This document shows, piece by piece, positions 1-8,394 of a stretch of DNA of 64,000 nt; position 1 is the stretch's first letter, and each line of letters begins with the position of its first letter. Source of the DNA: an uncultured Acidimicrobiales bacterium (GTDB taxonomy: Bacteria; Actinomycetota; Acidimicrobiia; Acidimicrobiales; SZUA-35); the NCBI GenBank assembly GCA_938021675.1, contig CALIFY010000017.1:36947-100946 (forward strand), in the 5' to 3' direction. Under the pieces are notes generated by a model that made no database searches, had not been told where the DNA came from, and worked only from the letters and a program-made list of their open reading frames with translations. Position numbers and translations under genes: made by a program.

Positions 1-1204
1 CGTGAAATATTTCGGTGAGACGCCCGTAGCGCACGGCGTGGTCCTGTAGCCACTGCTCGATCGGTCCGAGCCGCCCGAGGGGGTGGAGCACGAGCGGAAC
101 AGCAAGGTTGGCGAGACCGATTGCGTCGGAACTCCCGTGGGGTGCGATGGCGACCCGTTGCGGGTCGACGGTTGGGATGGCGGCGGCCCAGTCTGCGAGC
201 TCGATCGATACCCCGACGACGTCGGTCTTCACGGTGCGATCATGGACCAAACCCTGGTCGACCGGTTCCGGGCCGATGTAGACCGTTGGCCAGCCGATGG
301 CAGCCGCGGTACCGGCACCGACGACGAGCGGATAGCCACCCAGAGCGGCGAAAACTGCCGCCGCCGGGGCAGCTTCAGCCGAGAGGCCGACCTGTTCGAC
401 GGTCACCGTCCGATTGATGTCGGATACCTCGACGATCCGATCGGCGACAGCTCGACTGACCGTGGCGTGCCCAACCGACGACGACACCGTGTCGAGGGCA
501 AATCCTGCGCTGGACAGGGTGGCGAGGCCGGGGACCGGGCCGACCACAAGAATCTCCTCGACACCGAGCGAACCGAGCAGTTGACGATCGGCTGGTGAGG
601 GACCACCGGGACCGATTCCCAACAACGGGCCACCGACGACACTGGCCAGTGGGGCCCCGATGTACTGCATCCATCGATCGCTGTCGGCAGCTACCACCGC
701 TCGCCGTACCGCACTGGTGGCCAGCGCCGATTTGGCGATCGCACCGTGGCCATAGCCGACGCCCGACCGCCACGGCACCGCCGTCAGATCGACGGCGAGT
801 ACACGCGGGTCGGTCCCGCAGCTCTCGACGATGCAACGGACATTAGTGCCGCTTGGGCAGTAGCCGTGGACGTTCGGGTAGTCGACGGTGCAACAGTCAC
901 AGATCTTCTTGAGTCCGCCGTTGGCGCAACACCCGTCGCTGGCGTACCAACACCATCCCCACACATCGCCGGGGCCGCCACAATCGAAGGTGCTGCACTT
1001 TGGGGTCACGCCACTTTGCCCGCAGACCCGTGCCTCGGCCTTGCGGACGATGAGGCTGGCGATCGTGGGACCAGCGGCCACAACCACCGCCAGCTGACCG
1101 AGCCGGTGGAGGAAGGAACGGCGGGTGGTGTTGGCCGCCGTCCACCGCCCAATTCGCTCGACCGATCGATCGATCGCTGACTCTACCCGGGGGTCAGCGG
1201 TCAT
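1..1204 (-). CDS. Tat-signal secreted protein with an N-terminal 12-Cys MauA-like (methylamine dehydrogenase light-chain-like) module fused to cell-wall-binding-repeat-like sequence. The 3' end runs off the left window edge.
   Basis: My own minus-strand translation from the ATG at 1204-1202. It is absent from the ORF track because there is no stop inside the window. The N-terminus reads MTADPRVESAIDRSVERIGRWTAANTTRRSFLHRLGQLAVVVAAGP, with a TRRSFL twin-arginine motif and a hydrophobic stretch. Residues 61-129 carry 12 Cys (VCGQSGVTPKCSTFDCGGPGDVWGWCWYASDGCCANGGLKKICDCCTVDYPNVHGYCPSGTNVRCIVESC). The rest is Ala/Gly/Val-rich repeats resembling CW_binding_2. The start forms an ATGA overlap with the upstream stop (1201-1204). 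Confidence 0.65.
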   Translation of the reverse strand, partial: MTADPRVESAIDRSVERIGRWTAANTTRRSFLHRLGQLAVVVAAGPTIASLIVRKAEARVCGQSGVTPKCSTFDCGGPGDVWGWCWYASDGCCANGGLKKICDCCTVDYPNVHGYCPSGTNVRCIVESCGTDPRVLAVDLTAVPWRSGVGYGHGAIAKSALATSAVRRAVVAADSDRWMQYIGAPLASVVGGPLLGIGPGGPSPADRQLLGSLGVEEILVVGPVPGLATLSSAGFALDTVSSSVGHATVSRAVADRIVEVSDINRTVTVEQVGLSAEAAPAAAVFAALGGYPLVVGAGTAAAIGWPTVYIGPEPVDQGLVHDRTVKTDVVGVSIELADWAAAIPTVDPQRVAIAPHGSSDAIGLANLAVPLVLHPLGRLGPIEQWLQDHAVRYGRLTEIFH

Positions 1205-1764
1205 GGCAGCACCACCGTCTGAGTCTCGGGTTCGGTTCGAGCATCGACCGTTTGGTTTCCGATGGTTTTGGCCGCGTTGTGGGCCACTGCCACCGGCGGA
1301 CCGGCGAGGACCTCGGCCAGCATCTCTTCGGCTTGGTCGAGCGAGTTGGCGACACCTCGGCTGCGGACTACCCCCTCGGCGTCGACGGCGACCAGGTACG
1401 GGGTGGATCGGACCTTGAAACGGTTGAAGGTCTCGGCCTCGGTTTCGTGGTCGATGACCCGCAGGTCGACACCTCGGTATGAGCGGGCCAGCCGGGAAAG
1501 GCCTGGCTTCAGGGCCTGACAGATCTCACAGTTCGGCGATGTGAAGGCCAGGATGGTCACGGAGCGGTCGTCGTAGGAAACCCCATCGACGATCGGTGCC
1601 GACGTGTCCAGCTCTGGCCCTTCGCCAGCGAAGTGGACGCCCATAGGGGCGACTCGGGTATGAAGCACGCCAATCTGACGAAGCAGGGCGATCACGGCGA
1701 ACCCTTGGAGTGCCACCACCCCCCAAAGCAGCCCATACGAAACGATCCATGCGTTTCCGTTCAT
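1201..1764 (-). CDS. MauD/TlpA-like membrane-anchored thioredoxin-fold protein (187 aa)
   Basis: This is the C-terminal part of track ORF 1201..2367. I moved the start to the ATG at 1764 (MNGNAWIVSYGLLWGVVALQGFAVIALL, one TM helix), where it forms an ATGA overlap with the upstream stop. It has a CxxC motif in FTSPNCEICQAL. The upstream part of the track ORF is Arg-rich antisense of the MauE-like gene. Confidence 0.75.
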   Translation of the reverse strand: MNGNAWIVSYGLLWGVVALQGFAVIALLRQIGVLHTRVAPMGVHFAGEGPELDTSAPIVDGVSYDDRSVTILAFTSPNCEICQALKPGLSRLARSYRGVDLRVIDHETEAETFNRFKVRSTPYLVAVDAEGVVRSRGVANSLDQAEEMLAEVLAGPPVAVAHNAAKTIGNQTVDARTEPETQTVVLP

Positions 1765-2339
1765 AGCCTCATCTCCTCTCCTGCCAGTTCGACCGACCAC
1801 ACACGACCCACTGTCCGCCGGAGTTCGAGTAGTTGCGCCCCCAACGCGATCAACGTCGCACCGCCGACCAGCACAAGTACCGAGACGAGGTCGGGGGTGA
1901 CGAGCGTTGGCGTGGCGGCGGCGAACGCCGCCATACACAGCAGGGCAACGTTGCGTCCGAGGGTCGGCCAGCCGACGGGTCGACGGGACAGCGACCCGAG
2001 ACAACCGCACGATACGGATCGGTTGTTGCCAACCGCCTCGGCGATGAGGGTGGTGAAGGCCAGCAACAACACCAACGCCATCACCGCGCCAAAACGGGGG
2101 CGGATGAGCAACAGGGCGGCGACGCCGAATTCGATCGGCGGAAGCACTGTGGCGATGACTCGGGGGATGGGAAGGCCGAACTCGGCGACGTCGGCTGTGG
2201 CCGGCCGCTGCACCTTGGCCGCGGCGGCGACGACAAAGACGACGGCGAGGCCGATGGCGGCGGTCGATGCCAGTGCCGGTAACACCGGTAGCATCGTCAT
2301 GGCCGGTTCGGTGGGGGCGTCTTGTAGCGCTGCCATCAT
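1761..2339 (-). CDS. MauE/DoxX-family redox-associated membrane protein (192 aa)
   Basis: Track ORF 1761..2345. It has several hydrophobic helices (AAIGLAVVFVVAAAAKV, IEFGVAALLLIRP, VMALVLLLAFTTLIAEAV) and a CGCLG motif typical of MauE-like proteins. I chose the ATG at 2339 because it makes an ATGA overlap with the stop of the DUF4214 gene. Confidence 0.7.
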   Translation of the reverse strand: MMAALQDAPTEPAMTMLPVLPALASTAAIGLAVVFVVAAAAKVQRPATADVAEFGLPIPRVIATVLPPIEFGVAALLLIRPRFGAVMALVLLLAFTTLIAEAVGNNRSVSCGCLGSLSRRPVGWPTLGRNVALLCMAAFAAATPTLVTPDLVSVLVLVGGATLIALGAQLLELRRTVGRVWSVELAGEEMRL

Positions 2340-3145
2340 GGCCACACCGCATCGAGGTAGGTCTCAAACGCCTCGTCTGAAGACCAGAGGCGAGCCCTCA
2401 GGTGGCGCTCACCATGGCGTTGGATTTCGGAAGCGGCGGCAGTGCGTTCTCCTGGTGAGGGCCTTCGACCGAGCATGTCGGCGAAATAGGTGTCGGCCCG
2501 ACGACCGAGTGCCTCACCGCTCTGATATATCGAGCCGACCACGTTGGCTCTGGCAACGCCAGCCTGCAACCGGCCACTCCAGTACTGTTGACCGGACGCA
2601 TCGGGAAGGCGACCCAGCAGGTCGCGATAGACCGCGCGAAGCCAGGCCTGATCGCTCCCACCGGCGTTTCGGTGGTATTCGTCGCTGGCGACGAGCAGCA
2701 CCCGAAGATCGAGCACTCCCCGACCGGTCAGGTGGTTGGTCCAGAACTCCTCGCCTGCTCGGTCGGCGGACCGACCAAGCAGATCGGTATAGGCGCGGCG
2801 TACCTCCCGTCGAGAGCCTTCCCGTCCGAACAGAAAGCCGTAGGCGACACCTTGACGGGAACGTCGGCCACCGGCAGTGATTCTGTCCAGGTGGTACTCG
2901 AGGCCGGAATCATCGGCCGACCGGCCGAGGAGCTCGCGATAACTGTCGACCAACCAAGCCTCGTTCGCCGAGCCCGGTCTGCCACCTCCGGTAGCCGAGG
3001 CCGGTGTAGCGACCAAGCTGGCTGTGAGCAGTAGGGCGACCAGCAACAGAGAGCAACGGAACGGCCGTTGCTTTGTTGAGGTGCTGGGGGCGGGTCTTTC
3101 GTCGAACGCGATGTGGCGGAACATCACCTCTTCGTTCGGCTGCAC
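2336..3145 (-). CDS. Secreted DUF4214-repeat protein
   Basis: It has a signal-peptide-like N-terminus (RCSLLLVALLLTASLVATPASA). Four repeats follow of the form Y(R/T)xLLGRxxDxxGxxxWxxxL (VDSYRELLGRSADDSGLEYH, AYTDLLGRSADRAGEEFW, AVYRDLLGRLPDASGQQYW, TYFADMLGRRPSPGE), which is characteristic of DUF4214. The start could instead be the internal Met at 3124. Confidence 0.7.
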   Translation of the reverse strand: MQPNEEVMFRHIAFDERPAPSTSTKQRPFRCSLLLVALLLTASLVATPASATGGGRPGSANEAWLVDSYRELLGRSADDSGLEYHLDRITAGGRRSRQGVAYGFLFGREGSRREVRRAYTDLLGRSADRAGEEFWTNHLTGRGVLDLRVLLVASDEYHRNAGGSDQAWLRAVYRDLLGRLPDASGQQYWSGRLQAGVARANVVGSIYQSGEALGRRADTYFADMLGRRPSPGERTAAASEIQRHGERHLRARLWSSDEAFETYLDAVWP

Positions 3146-3193
3146 GCACCGGTCGTTGAGGCCTTTCGGCCCACAAAATGGATCGATTGGCCC

Positions 3194-3230
3194 AAAACAG
3201 AAAGACCGCCCGGCTCACGCCCGGCGGTCT
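3194..3230 (-). terminator. Rho-independent-type terminator downstream of the small MT0933-like gene
   Basis: The plus strand reads agaccgcccggctcacgcccggcggtct, a GC-rich hairpin with one bulge. On the minus strand it is followed by tttctgtttt. Confidence 0.5.
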
Positions 3231-3345
3231 CTCGGCTTTTGGTCGTCTCTATCGTTTGGGGTCAGGGTCGATCCCAAACGGTGAGGACTAGACCCGGCGT
3301 GACGCCAAATCGGGCGTGACCGCCACGACGTCACCTGCGGGGTGG

Positions 3346-3543
3346 CTACTCCTCGACCTTGTCAACGACGTCGGTTACGGCATCCTTGGCCTTTTCGGCT
3401 CCGGTATCGACCGCGTCACCGAGTTTTCCGCCGGTTGCATCGTCGACCTTGCCGGCGGTGGCGTCGATGGCGTCGTTGGCTTTGTCCGTCACGAGGTCCT
3501 TTTTGCCGCCGATCAGGCCCTTCAGCGTGTCCATGATACCCAT
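3346..3543 (-). CDS. MT0933/Rv0909-like small Lys/Asp-rich protein (65 aa; family labelled antitoxin-like, CsbD-like in composition)
   Basis: The sequence is MGIMDTLKGLIGGKKDLVTDKANDAIDATAGKVDDATGGKLGDAVDTGAEKAKDAVTDVVDKVEE. A GGGAG Shine-Dalgarno lies about 11 nt upstream. GC3 is high in this frame. Confidence 0.7.
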   Translation of the reverse strand: MGIMDTLKGLIGGKKDLVTDKANDAIDATAGKVDDATGGKLGDAVDTGAEKAKDAVTDVVDKVEE

Positions 3544-3709
3544 AGGTAGAATCTCCCTCTCTCAGGTGGAAGCAGGTATTGTGCCCGAATTCACCGGAAT
3601 CGGTGCGTTCTCGACTCGATCATGTAACTCTTGGCCCCATCGCCAACGAATCTGGCGGGCCCCACACGTACCACAGGATCAGTACCGAACTGAAAGGAAC
3701 GCTCCATTC

Positions 3710-6142
3710 ATGGAACGACCGGCAGGCAAGTTGTTCATCGGCGAGCGCATCGAACCCGATTCGGGTGATCGAACTGGAGACTCGGTGCTGCTCGATAGCG
3801 CCGACTTCACGACCCACGGGGTCATCGTTGGCATGACGGGCTCGGGAAAGACCGGCCTCGGAGTGGTGTTGCTTGAAGAGGCATTGCTGAGCGGCGTCCC
3901 GGTATTGGCCATCGACCCAAAGGGGGACCTCGGCAACCTGTGCCTGACCTTCCCAGATTTAGCGCCGACCGACTTTGAACCATGGATGGACGAGGGCGCA
4001 GCGAGGATCGAATCGACCACCGTCACCGACCTTGCATCCGCCACCGCCGAGAACTGGCGGAACGGGCTTGATTCGTGGGGGTTGGCCTCAGCTGATGTCG
4101 GCCAACTGCAGGAGGCGGCCAAACCGATCATCTATACACCGGGGAGTAACGCCGGTGTGCCTCTCGACGTCCTAGGCCGGCTCACAGCCCCTGCGACCGA
4201 CGACCCGTCGGCCCGCCAGGATGAGGTCGACTCGACGGTCAGCGGGCTCCTCGGCCTCATCGGGGTGGAGAGCGACCCTCTGTCTGGCCGGGAGCACATT
4301 CTGCTGGCCAATCTGATCACGCGGGCGTGGGATGCCGGACGAGACCTCGACCTCCCCACCCTCCTCGGGCAAATGATCGATCCGCCGATGCGGAAACTCG
4401 GAGTGCTCGACCTCGACGCCTTCTTCCCGGCCAAGGATCGTCAGGCTCTTGTCATGAAGCTCAATGGGCTGCTGGCGTCACCGAGTTTCGCCTCCTGGGC
4501 CGAAGGGGCACCGTTGGACATCGAACAGATGTTGTGGGACGACGCCGGAAGTGCCAGGGCGGCCATCGTGTCACTCGGGCATCTCGAGGAGACAGAGCGG
4601 CAGTTCGCCGTCACCCTCGTGCTGTCCAAGCTGATCAGCTGGATGCGAACCCAACAAGGCACGGGTGAGCTCCGCGTCCTCGTCTACCTCGACGAAGTGA
4701 TGGGCTTCGCTCCCCCAACCGGCAATCCACCGACGAAAAAACCGATTCTGACCCTACTCAAGCAGGCCAGAGCTTTTGGCGTAGGCCTCGTGTTGTCGAC
4801 CCAAAACCCGGTCGACCTCGATTACAAAGCGATTAGCAACGCAGGGACGTGGCTAATCGGCCGTCTTCAAACCGAACAAGATAAGAAACGGCTCGTCGAT
4901 GGGCTTCGCTCGGCGGATGGTTCGATCGACATCGGCACCATCAACGAGATGATCAGTGGACTTGGCAAACGGCAGTTCCTGCTCCGGACCACCCGATCAG
5001 CGGAGCTACCACTCTTCACCACCAGATGGGCCATGAGTTATCTGGCTGGGCCATTGACCCGCGACCAAATCTCGACGCTGATGGCCGGGAAGGCTCCGCT
5101 GCCACCCGACGCAGGCGGCGCAGGCGTCGCAGACCAGGGCACAAACCAGGGCGTGCCGTCGGCACCGGCTACCGCGCCGACAGCGGTCACCTCGACACTG
5201 GCCGACGACGAGTCAGCCGTCGCCCCACCCCTGCCCGATTCGGTCCCTGTTCGCTACGTCGCAGGTGCCGCACCGTGGCTGGCCGAAGTCGGCGCCGCGG
5301 CGGAGGGCAACCGGCTGCAACCGGCACTTGCTGCCCGGGTCAACCTGCTGTTCGACGAGGCCAAAGCAAAGCTCCGTCACACCGAAGAGTGGGAGGCCAT
5401 CGTCCCGTTAACCGGCGATGCGATCGACATCGACGCGGCCATCTCGGTCGATTTCGACGATCGTGACTTCTCCACCGAAGTGCCCGAGGGCGCGGTCTAT
5501 GTCCTTCCGGGATTCGAGCTGACCGCCAGCGCGGTCCGCAAAGCGGGCACGGAGTTGAAGAATTCGTTGGCCACCAACAAAACACTGGCACTGTTCCACA
5601 ACGCCGAACTGAAGCTGTGGTCGCGTCCCGGAGAGAGCAAAGAGGAGTTCGCGGTCCGATGCGAAGCCGCAGCCGATGATGGTGCCGATGAGACCGGGGC
5701 CAAGATCCGGGCCAAGTTGGAGAAAAAGCGGTCATCGGTCGAAGCGGCGCTGGCCAAGGCGGAGGATCGGGTCGCAGAACTTGAGGTCAACACGCAAGGT
5801 CGGAAGCAACAGCAGCTGATCGATATCGGCACGTCGGTGCTCGGCGGCCTCCTCGGCGGACGTAGTCGCACCCGGGGCCTCGCCTCGGCCGCGAGGCGGA
5901 TGTCGTCGAGCGGGCGTCAGAAGGCGTCGAGCGAGGCACGATTGACGACGGCGGAAAATCGGGTTGCCGACAAAATCGACGAGCTTGACGAGCTGGAACA
6001 AGAACTGCAGGAGGCGGTCATCGAAATCGACGACGAGTGGTCGGCAAAGGCCGAAGCGGTCGAGGAGACCGAAGTGTCACTAGAGAAGACCGACATCTCC
6101 GTCGATGACCTCATGGTGGTCTGGCTTCCGACGCAGCGCTGA
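3710..6142 (+). CDS. HerA/DUF87 (DUF853-like) P-loop ATPase with a long C-terminal extension ending in a coiled coil (810 aa)
   Basis: This is the in-frame part of track ORF 3359..6142. I moved the start to the ATG at 3710 (MERPAGKLFIGE), which has AAAGGA upstream. The first 117 track codons overlap the divergent small gene. Motifs present are Walker A GMTGSGKTG, Walker B-like RVLVYLDEV, and VLSTQNPVDLDYKAISNAGTWLIGRLQ. The tail has heptad-like charged segments (AKLEKKRSSVEAALAKAEDRVAELE, ADKIDELDELEQELQEAVIEIDDEW) and a GGLLGGRSR motif. Confidence 0.75.
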   Translation: MERPAGKLFIGERIEPDSGDRTGDSVLLDSADFTTHGVIVGMTGSGKTGLGVVLLEEALLSGVPVLAIDPKGDLGNLCLTFPDLAPTDFEPWMDEGAARIESTTVTDLASATAENWRNGLDSWGLASADVGQLQEAAKPIIYTPGSNAGVPLDVLGRLTAPATDDPSARQDEVDSTVSGLLGLIGVESDPLSGREHILLANLITRAWDAGRDLDLPTLLGQMIDPPMRKLGVLDLDAFFPAKDRQALVMKLNGLLASPSFASWAEGAPLDIEQMLWDDAGSARAAIVSLGHLEETERQFAVTLVLSKLISWMRTQQGTGELRVLVYLDEVMGFAPPTGNPPTKKPILTLLKQARAFGVGLVLSTQNPVDLDYKAISNAGTWLIGRLQTEQDKKRLVDGLRSADGSIDIGTINEMISGLGKRQFLLRTTRSAELPLFTTRWAMSYLAGPLTRDQISTLMAGKAPLPPDAGGAGVADQGTNQGVPSAPATAPTAVTSTLADDESAVAPPLPDSVPVRYVAGAAPWLAEVGAAAEGNRLQPALAARVNLLFDEAKAKLRHTEEWEAIVPLTGDAIDIDAAISVDFDDRDFSTEVPEGAVYVLPGFELTASAVRKAGTELKNSLATNKTLALFHNAELKLWSRPGESKEEFAVRCEAAADDGADETGAKIRAKLEKKRSSVEAALAKAEDRVAELEVNTQGRKQQQLIDIGTSVLGGLLGGRSRTRGLASAARRMSSSGRQKASSEARLTTAENRVADKIDELDELEQELQEAVIEIDDEWSAKAEAVEETEVSLEKTDISVDDLMVVWLPTQR

Positions 6143-6204
6143 ATTTGGCTCACCGATCTTGGCGGCGTGCAGGCATGAGCGTCGGTCTCCCAAAACGACC
6201 TTGA

Positions 6205-6247
6205 GCCGGCTGGGTTTGCCCGGATGTCACGGACGAACCCAGCCGGC
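6205..6247. terminator. Perfect 12-bp inverted repeat between convergent genes (possible bidirectional terminator)
   Basis: The arms are gccggctgggtt (6205-6216) and aacccagccggc (6236-6247), with a 19-nt loop. There is no clear U-tract. Confidence 0.4.
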
Positions 6248-6358
6248 CCAGGTCGGTTCCCGCCGAACTGAAGATCATTGTCGACCTGTGAGCAGAGTAA
6301 TAGTCTGACCCACAGCCCGGTGGGACCCTACAGCAGAAACTTGTAGCGGCGTGATGTA

Positions 6359-7465
6359 CTAGTAGATGATCACCCCGCGAACGTTCTTACCGTCACGCAT
6401 GTCGTCGTAGCCTTGGTTGACCTCGTCGAGCGAGTATTCCTTGGTCACGAGTTCGTCGAGCTTGAGCTGGCCGTTCTGATACATCGACAGCATCCATGGA
6501 ATGTCGCGGGTCGGGCTCGACTCCCCGAACAGCGAACCTTGAATTCGCTTCTGGAACAATGTGAGTTCGAATGCGGGGACCGTCACCTTGCTCGTCTCCG
6601 CGTTGCCCAGACCGGTGACGACAACGGTTCCGGCCTTGCGGGTGGCGGCAAATGCTTGGGCGGTGTGTTCCTCCTCAAGCACGCCGACGGTCACGATGAC
6701 CGAGTCGGCCCCCTGACCGTTTGTCACCGATTGGGCGAACTCCGTCGCCGCCTCCATATTGTCAAAGGCGTGGGTGGCCCCGACCTGCTGAGCTACTTCG
6801 GTTTTGAAGCCGACAGGGTCGACAGCGATAACGTGGGCCGCTCCAGCGTGAGCCGCACCCTGGACCGCGTTCATCCCGATGCCACCGCAACCCATGACGA
6901 TGACGGTCTGCCCCGGCTTGACCTCGGCCGAGTTGACCGCCGACCCCCACCCGGTACCGACGCCACAACCGACGAGGCAGGCCCGCTCGAGTGGAATGTC
7001 CTTTTCGACTTTCACCGCCGAGGCGGTATCGATGACCGTGTAGTCACTGAACGTCGAGATCGTGCACATCTGCGCCGCATCGTCGCCATCGACCGTCGCT
7101 CGGAACGAACCGTCCTGACGCGACCCGGCCAGAAGGATGGCACCCATGTCGCACAGATTCTGCTGGCCAGACGCGCACCAACGGCACTTCCCGCATCCCG
7201 GCAGGAACGACATCACCACGTGGTCGCCGACCTCCCACCCGTCGGTGTTCGGGCCGACGGTCTCAACGACCCCCGCGCCCTCGTGTCCACCGATGAACGG
7301 GGTGGCGACAGGGATATCACCGGTGCAACAGTGATCGTCGGAATGGCACATTCCCGAGGCAACCATCCGAACCCCAAGCTCACCCTGTTGCGGCTCCTCC
7401 CACTCGATGTCGACGACTTCCCATTTCCCCGGCACCTGCTTCAGGACCGCACCGCGACTCTTCAT
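6359..7465 (-). CDS. Zinc-dependent alcohol dehydrogenase, NDMA-dependent ADH-like
   Basis: Motifs present are GMCHSDDH, GHEGAGVVETVG, the structural-Zn Cys cluster CGKCRWCASGQQNLC, and the Rossmann motif GCGGIG. An AAGGGGGA Shine-Dalgarno lies upstream. Confidence 0.9.
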   Translation of the reverse strand: MKSRGAVLKQVPGKWEVVDIEWEEPQQGELGVRMVASGMCHSDDHCCTGDIPVATPFIGGHEGAGVVETVGPNTDGWEVGDHVVMSFLPGCGKCRWCASGQQNLCDMGAILLAGSRQDGSFRATVDGDDAAQMCTISTFSDYTVIDTASAVKVEKDIPLERACLVGCGVGTGWGSAVNSAEVKPGQTVIVMGCGGIGMNAVQGAAHAGAAHVIAVDPVGFKTEVAQQVGATHAFDNMEAATEFAQSVTNGQGADSVIVTVGVLEEEHTAQAFAATRKAGTVVVTGLGNAETSKVTVPAFELTLFQKRIQGSLFGESSPTRDIPWMLSMYQNGQLKLDELVTKEYSLDEVNQGYDDMRDGKNVRGVIIY

Positions 7466-7791
7466 TTCGTTCCCCCTTGTGACCTTGCTCCCCCATACGG
7501 GCGTGGACCAAGTTCTATCATCGACCGGCCCGTCGATCCATATGAGCGACGGGCGGTTCCGATCGGCGTGTCATCAGTTAGGAACGAGCAAACGGATGGC
7601 GAGTCAATGATTCCAGGACTCGGCGATGTCTCACCTTGCCGAATCCTCCGAGCCCTGGCAGAGATCGTGGACCGACTGCCGGGATCCCGCAATCGGGTCC
7701 GGCCCACCCGGGGTCCTCACTCCCACCTACCCCAACGCTGATGAGTGCCGACGCCAAGGTGGACCTAAACACGGGATCAGCGCAAACCTGC

Positions 7792-8394
7792 CTACGGTCT
7801 TCCGGCTCGCCTTTGGCCAGTTTGGTTTTCGTCAGTTTGGTCTAACCGATCTAGCCCTTCTCCAGCTGCTCCAGAACCAGTTCCGTCTGGAGGGTTATTG
7901 GCTAGCAATGAAAGTCGCTCCATTGCCCTAACCAGAACCGGATCGTCTTTGTCTTCGGGCAACACGAGTCCGAGACAATGGGCATGCATCTTTTCTATCT
8001 CGCCCAACACCCACTCCTCGTCAACACCATGGAGTTCTCCGACATCGATAAGGTCCATCCCTTCGCGCCGAAGATCAGCAATAACCTCCGGATCAATCCC
8101 CAAATACACATTTCTAGAGGACCGGTAAATTTCTACACCTTCTGGCCCCATATCAATGTAATCACAGTCGACGAGACTAAGATCCCCTCCGTCTTTCAAC
8201 TCATAGATTGGTTCGACAGCAACAGCGCCACCAGCACCAGCCTCTATTTCATCAACGTCACTTTCTGTTTCGTCGGCCGACAATAGGTTTGTCACTCCAA
8301 AGAAAGCGACAAAAATACTGCCAACCACGGCGACCCCACCGATGAGGAGTCGCTTAGGTAGTTTGCGGTTGTCGGAGACAGGAGCATTTTCCAT
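7792..8394 (-). CDS. Hypothetical N-terminally anchored acidic protein in an AT-richer islet
   Basis: It has a single TM helix (LLIGGVAVVGSIFVAFFGV) followed by an Asp/Glu-rich domain. I recognise no family. Local GC is visibly lower than in the flanks. Confidence 0.55.
   Translation of the reverse strand: MENAPVSDNRKLPKRLLIGGVAVVGSIFVAFFGVTNLLSADETESDVDEIEAGAGGAVAVEPIYELKDGGDLSLVDCDYIDMGPEGVEIYRSSRNVYLGIDPEVIADLRREGMDLIDVGELHGVDEEWVLGEIEKMHAHCLGLVLPEDKDDPVLVRAMERLSLLANNPPDGTGSGAAGEGLDRLDQTDENQTGQRRAGRP

Noticed and set aside
1201-2880. The long Arg-rich extension of track ORF 1201..2367, and the 415-aa plus-strand ORF 1633..2880.
   Set aside because: Only the last 187 codons of 1201..2367 look like a real thioredoxin-fold protein. 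The remainder, and the whole plus-strand ORF, overlap the MauE-like and DUF4214 genes in other frames and have low-complexity Arg/Pro/Ser composition.
6413-7741. A 442-aa plus-strand ORF.
   Set aside because: It lies antisense to the well-supported alcohol dehydrogenase gene. The translation is Arg/Gly/Pro-rich with no motifs. This is a typical high-GC shadow ORF.
7466-7791. A 325-bp gap between the ADH start and islet 1, containing a short inverted repeat (gcccgtcg-N11-cgacgggc at about 7522-7548) and a 46-codon plus-strand ORF tail (MIPGLGDVSPCRILRALAEIVDRL...).
   Set aside because: The stem is short and the region has no ribosome-binding site or conserved motif that I can recognise. The support is insufficient to call an sRNA, an operator or a CDS.
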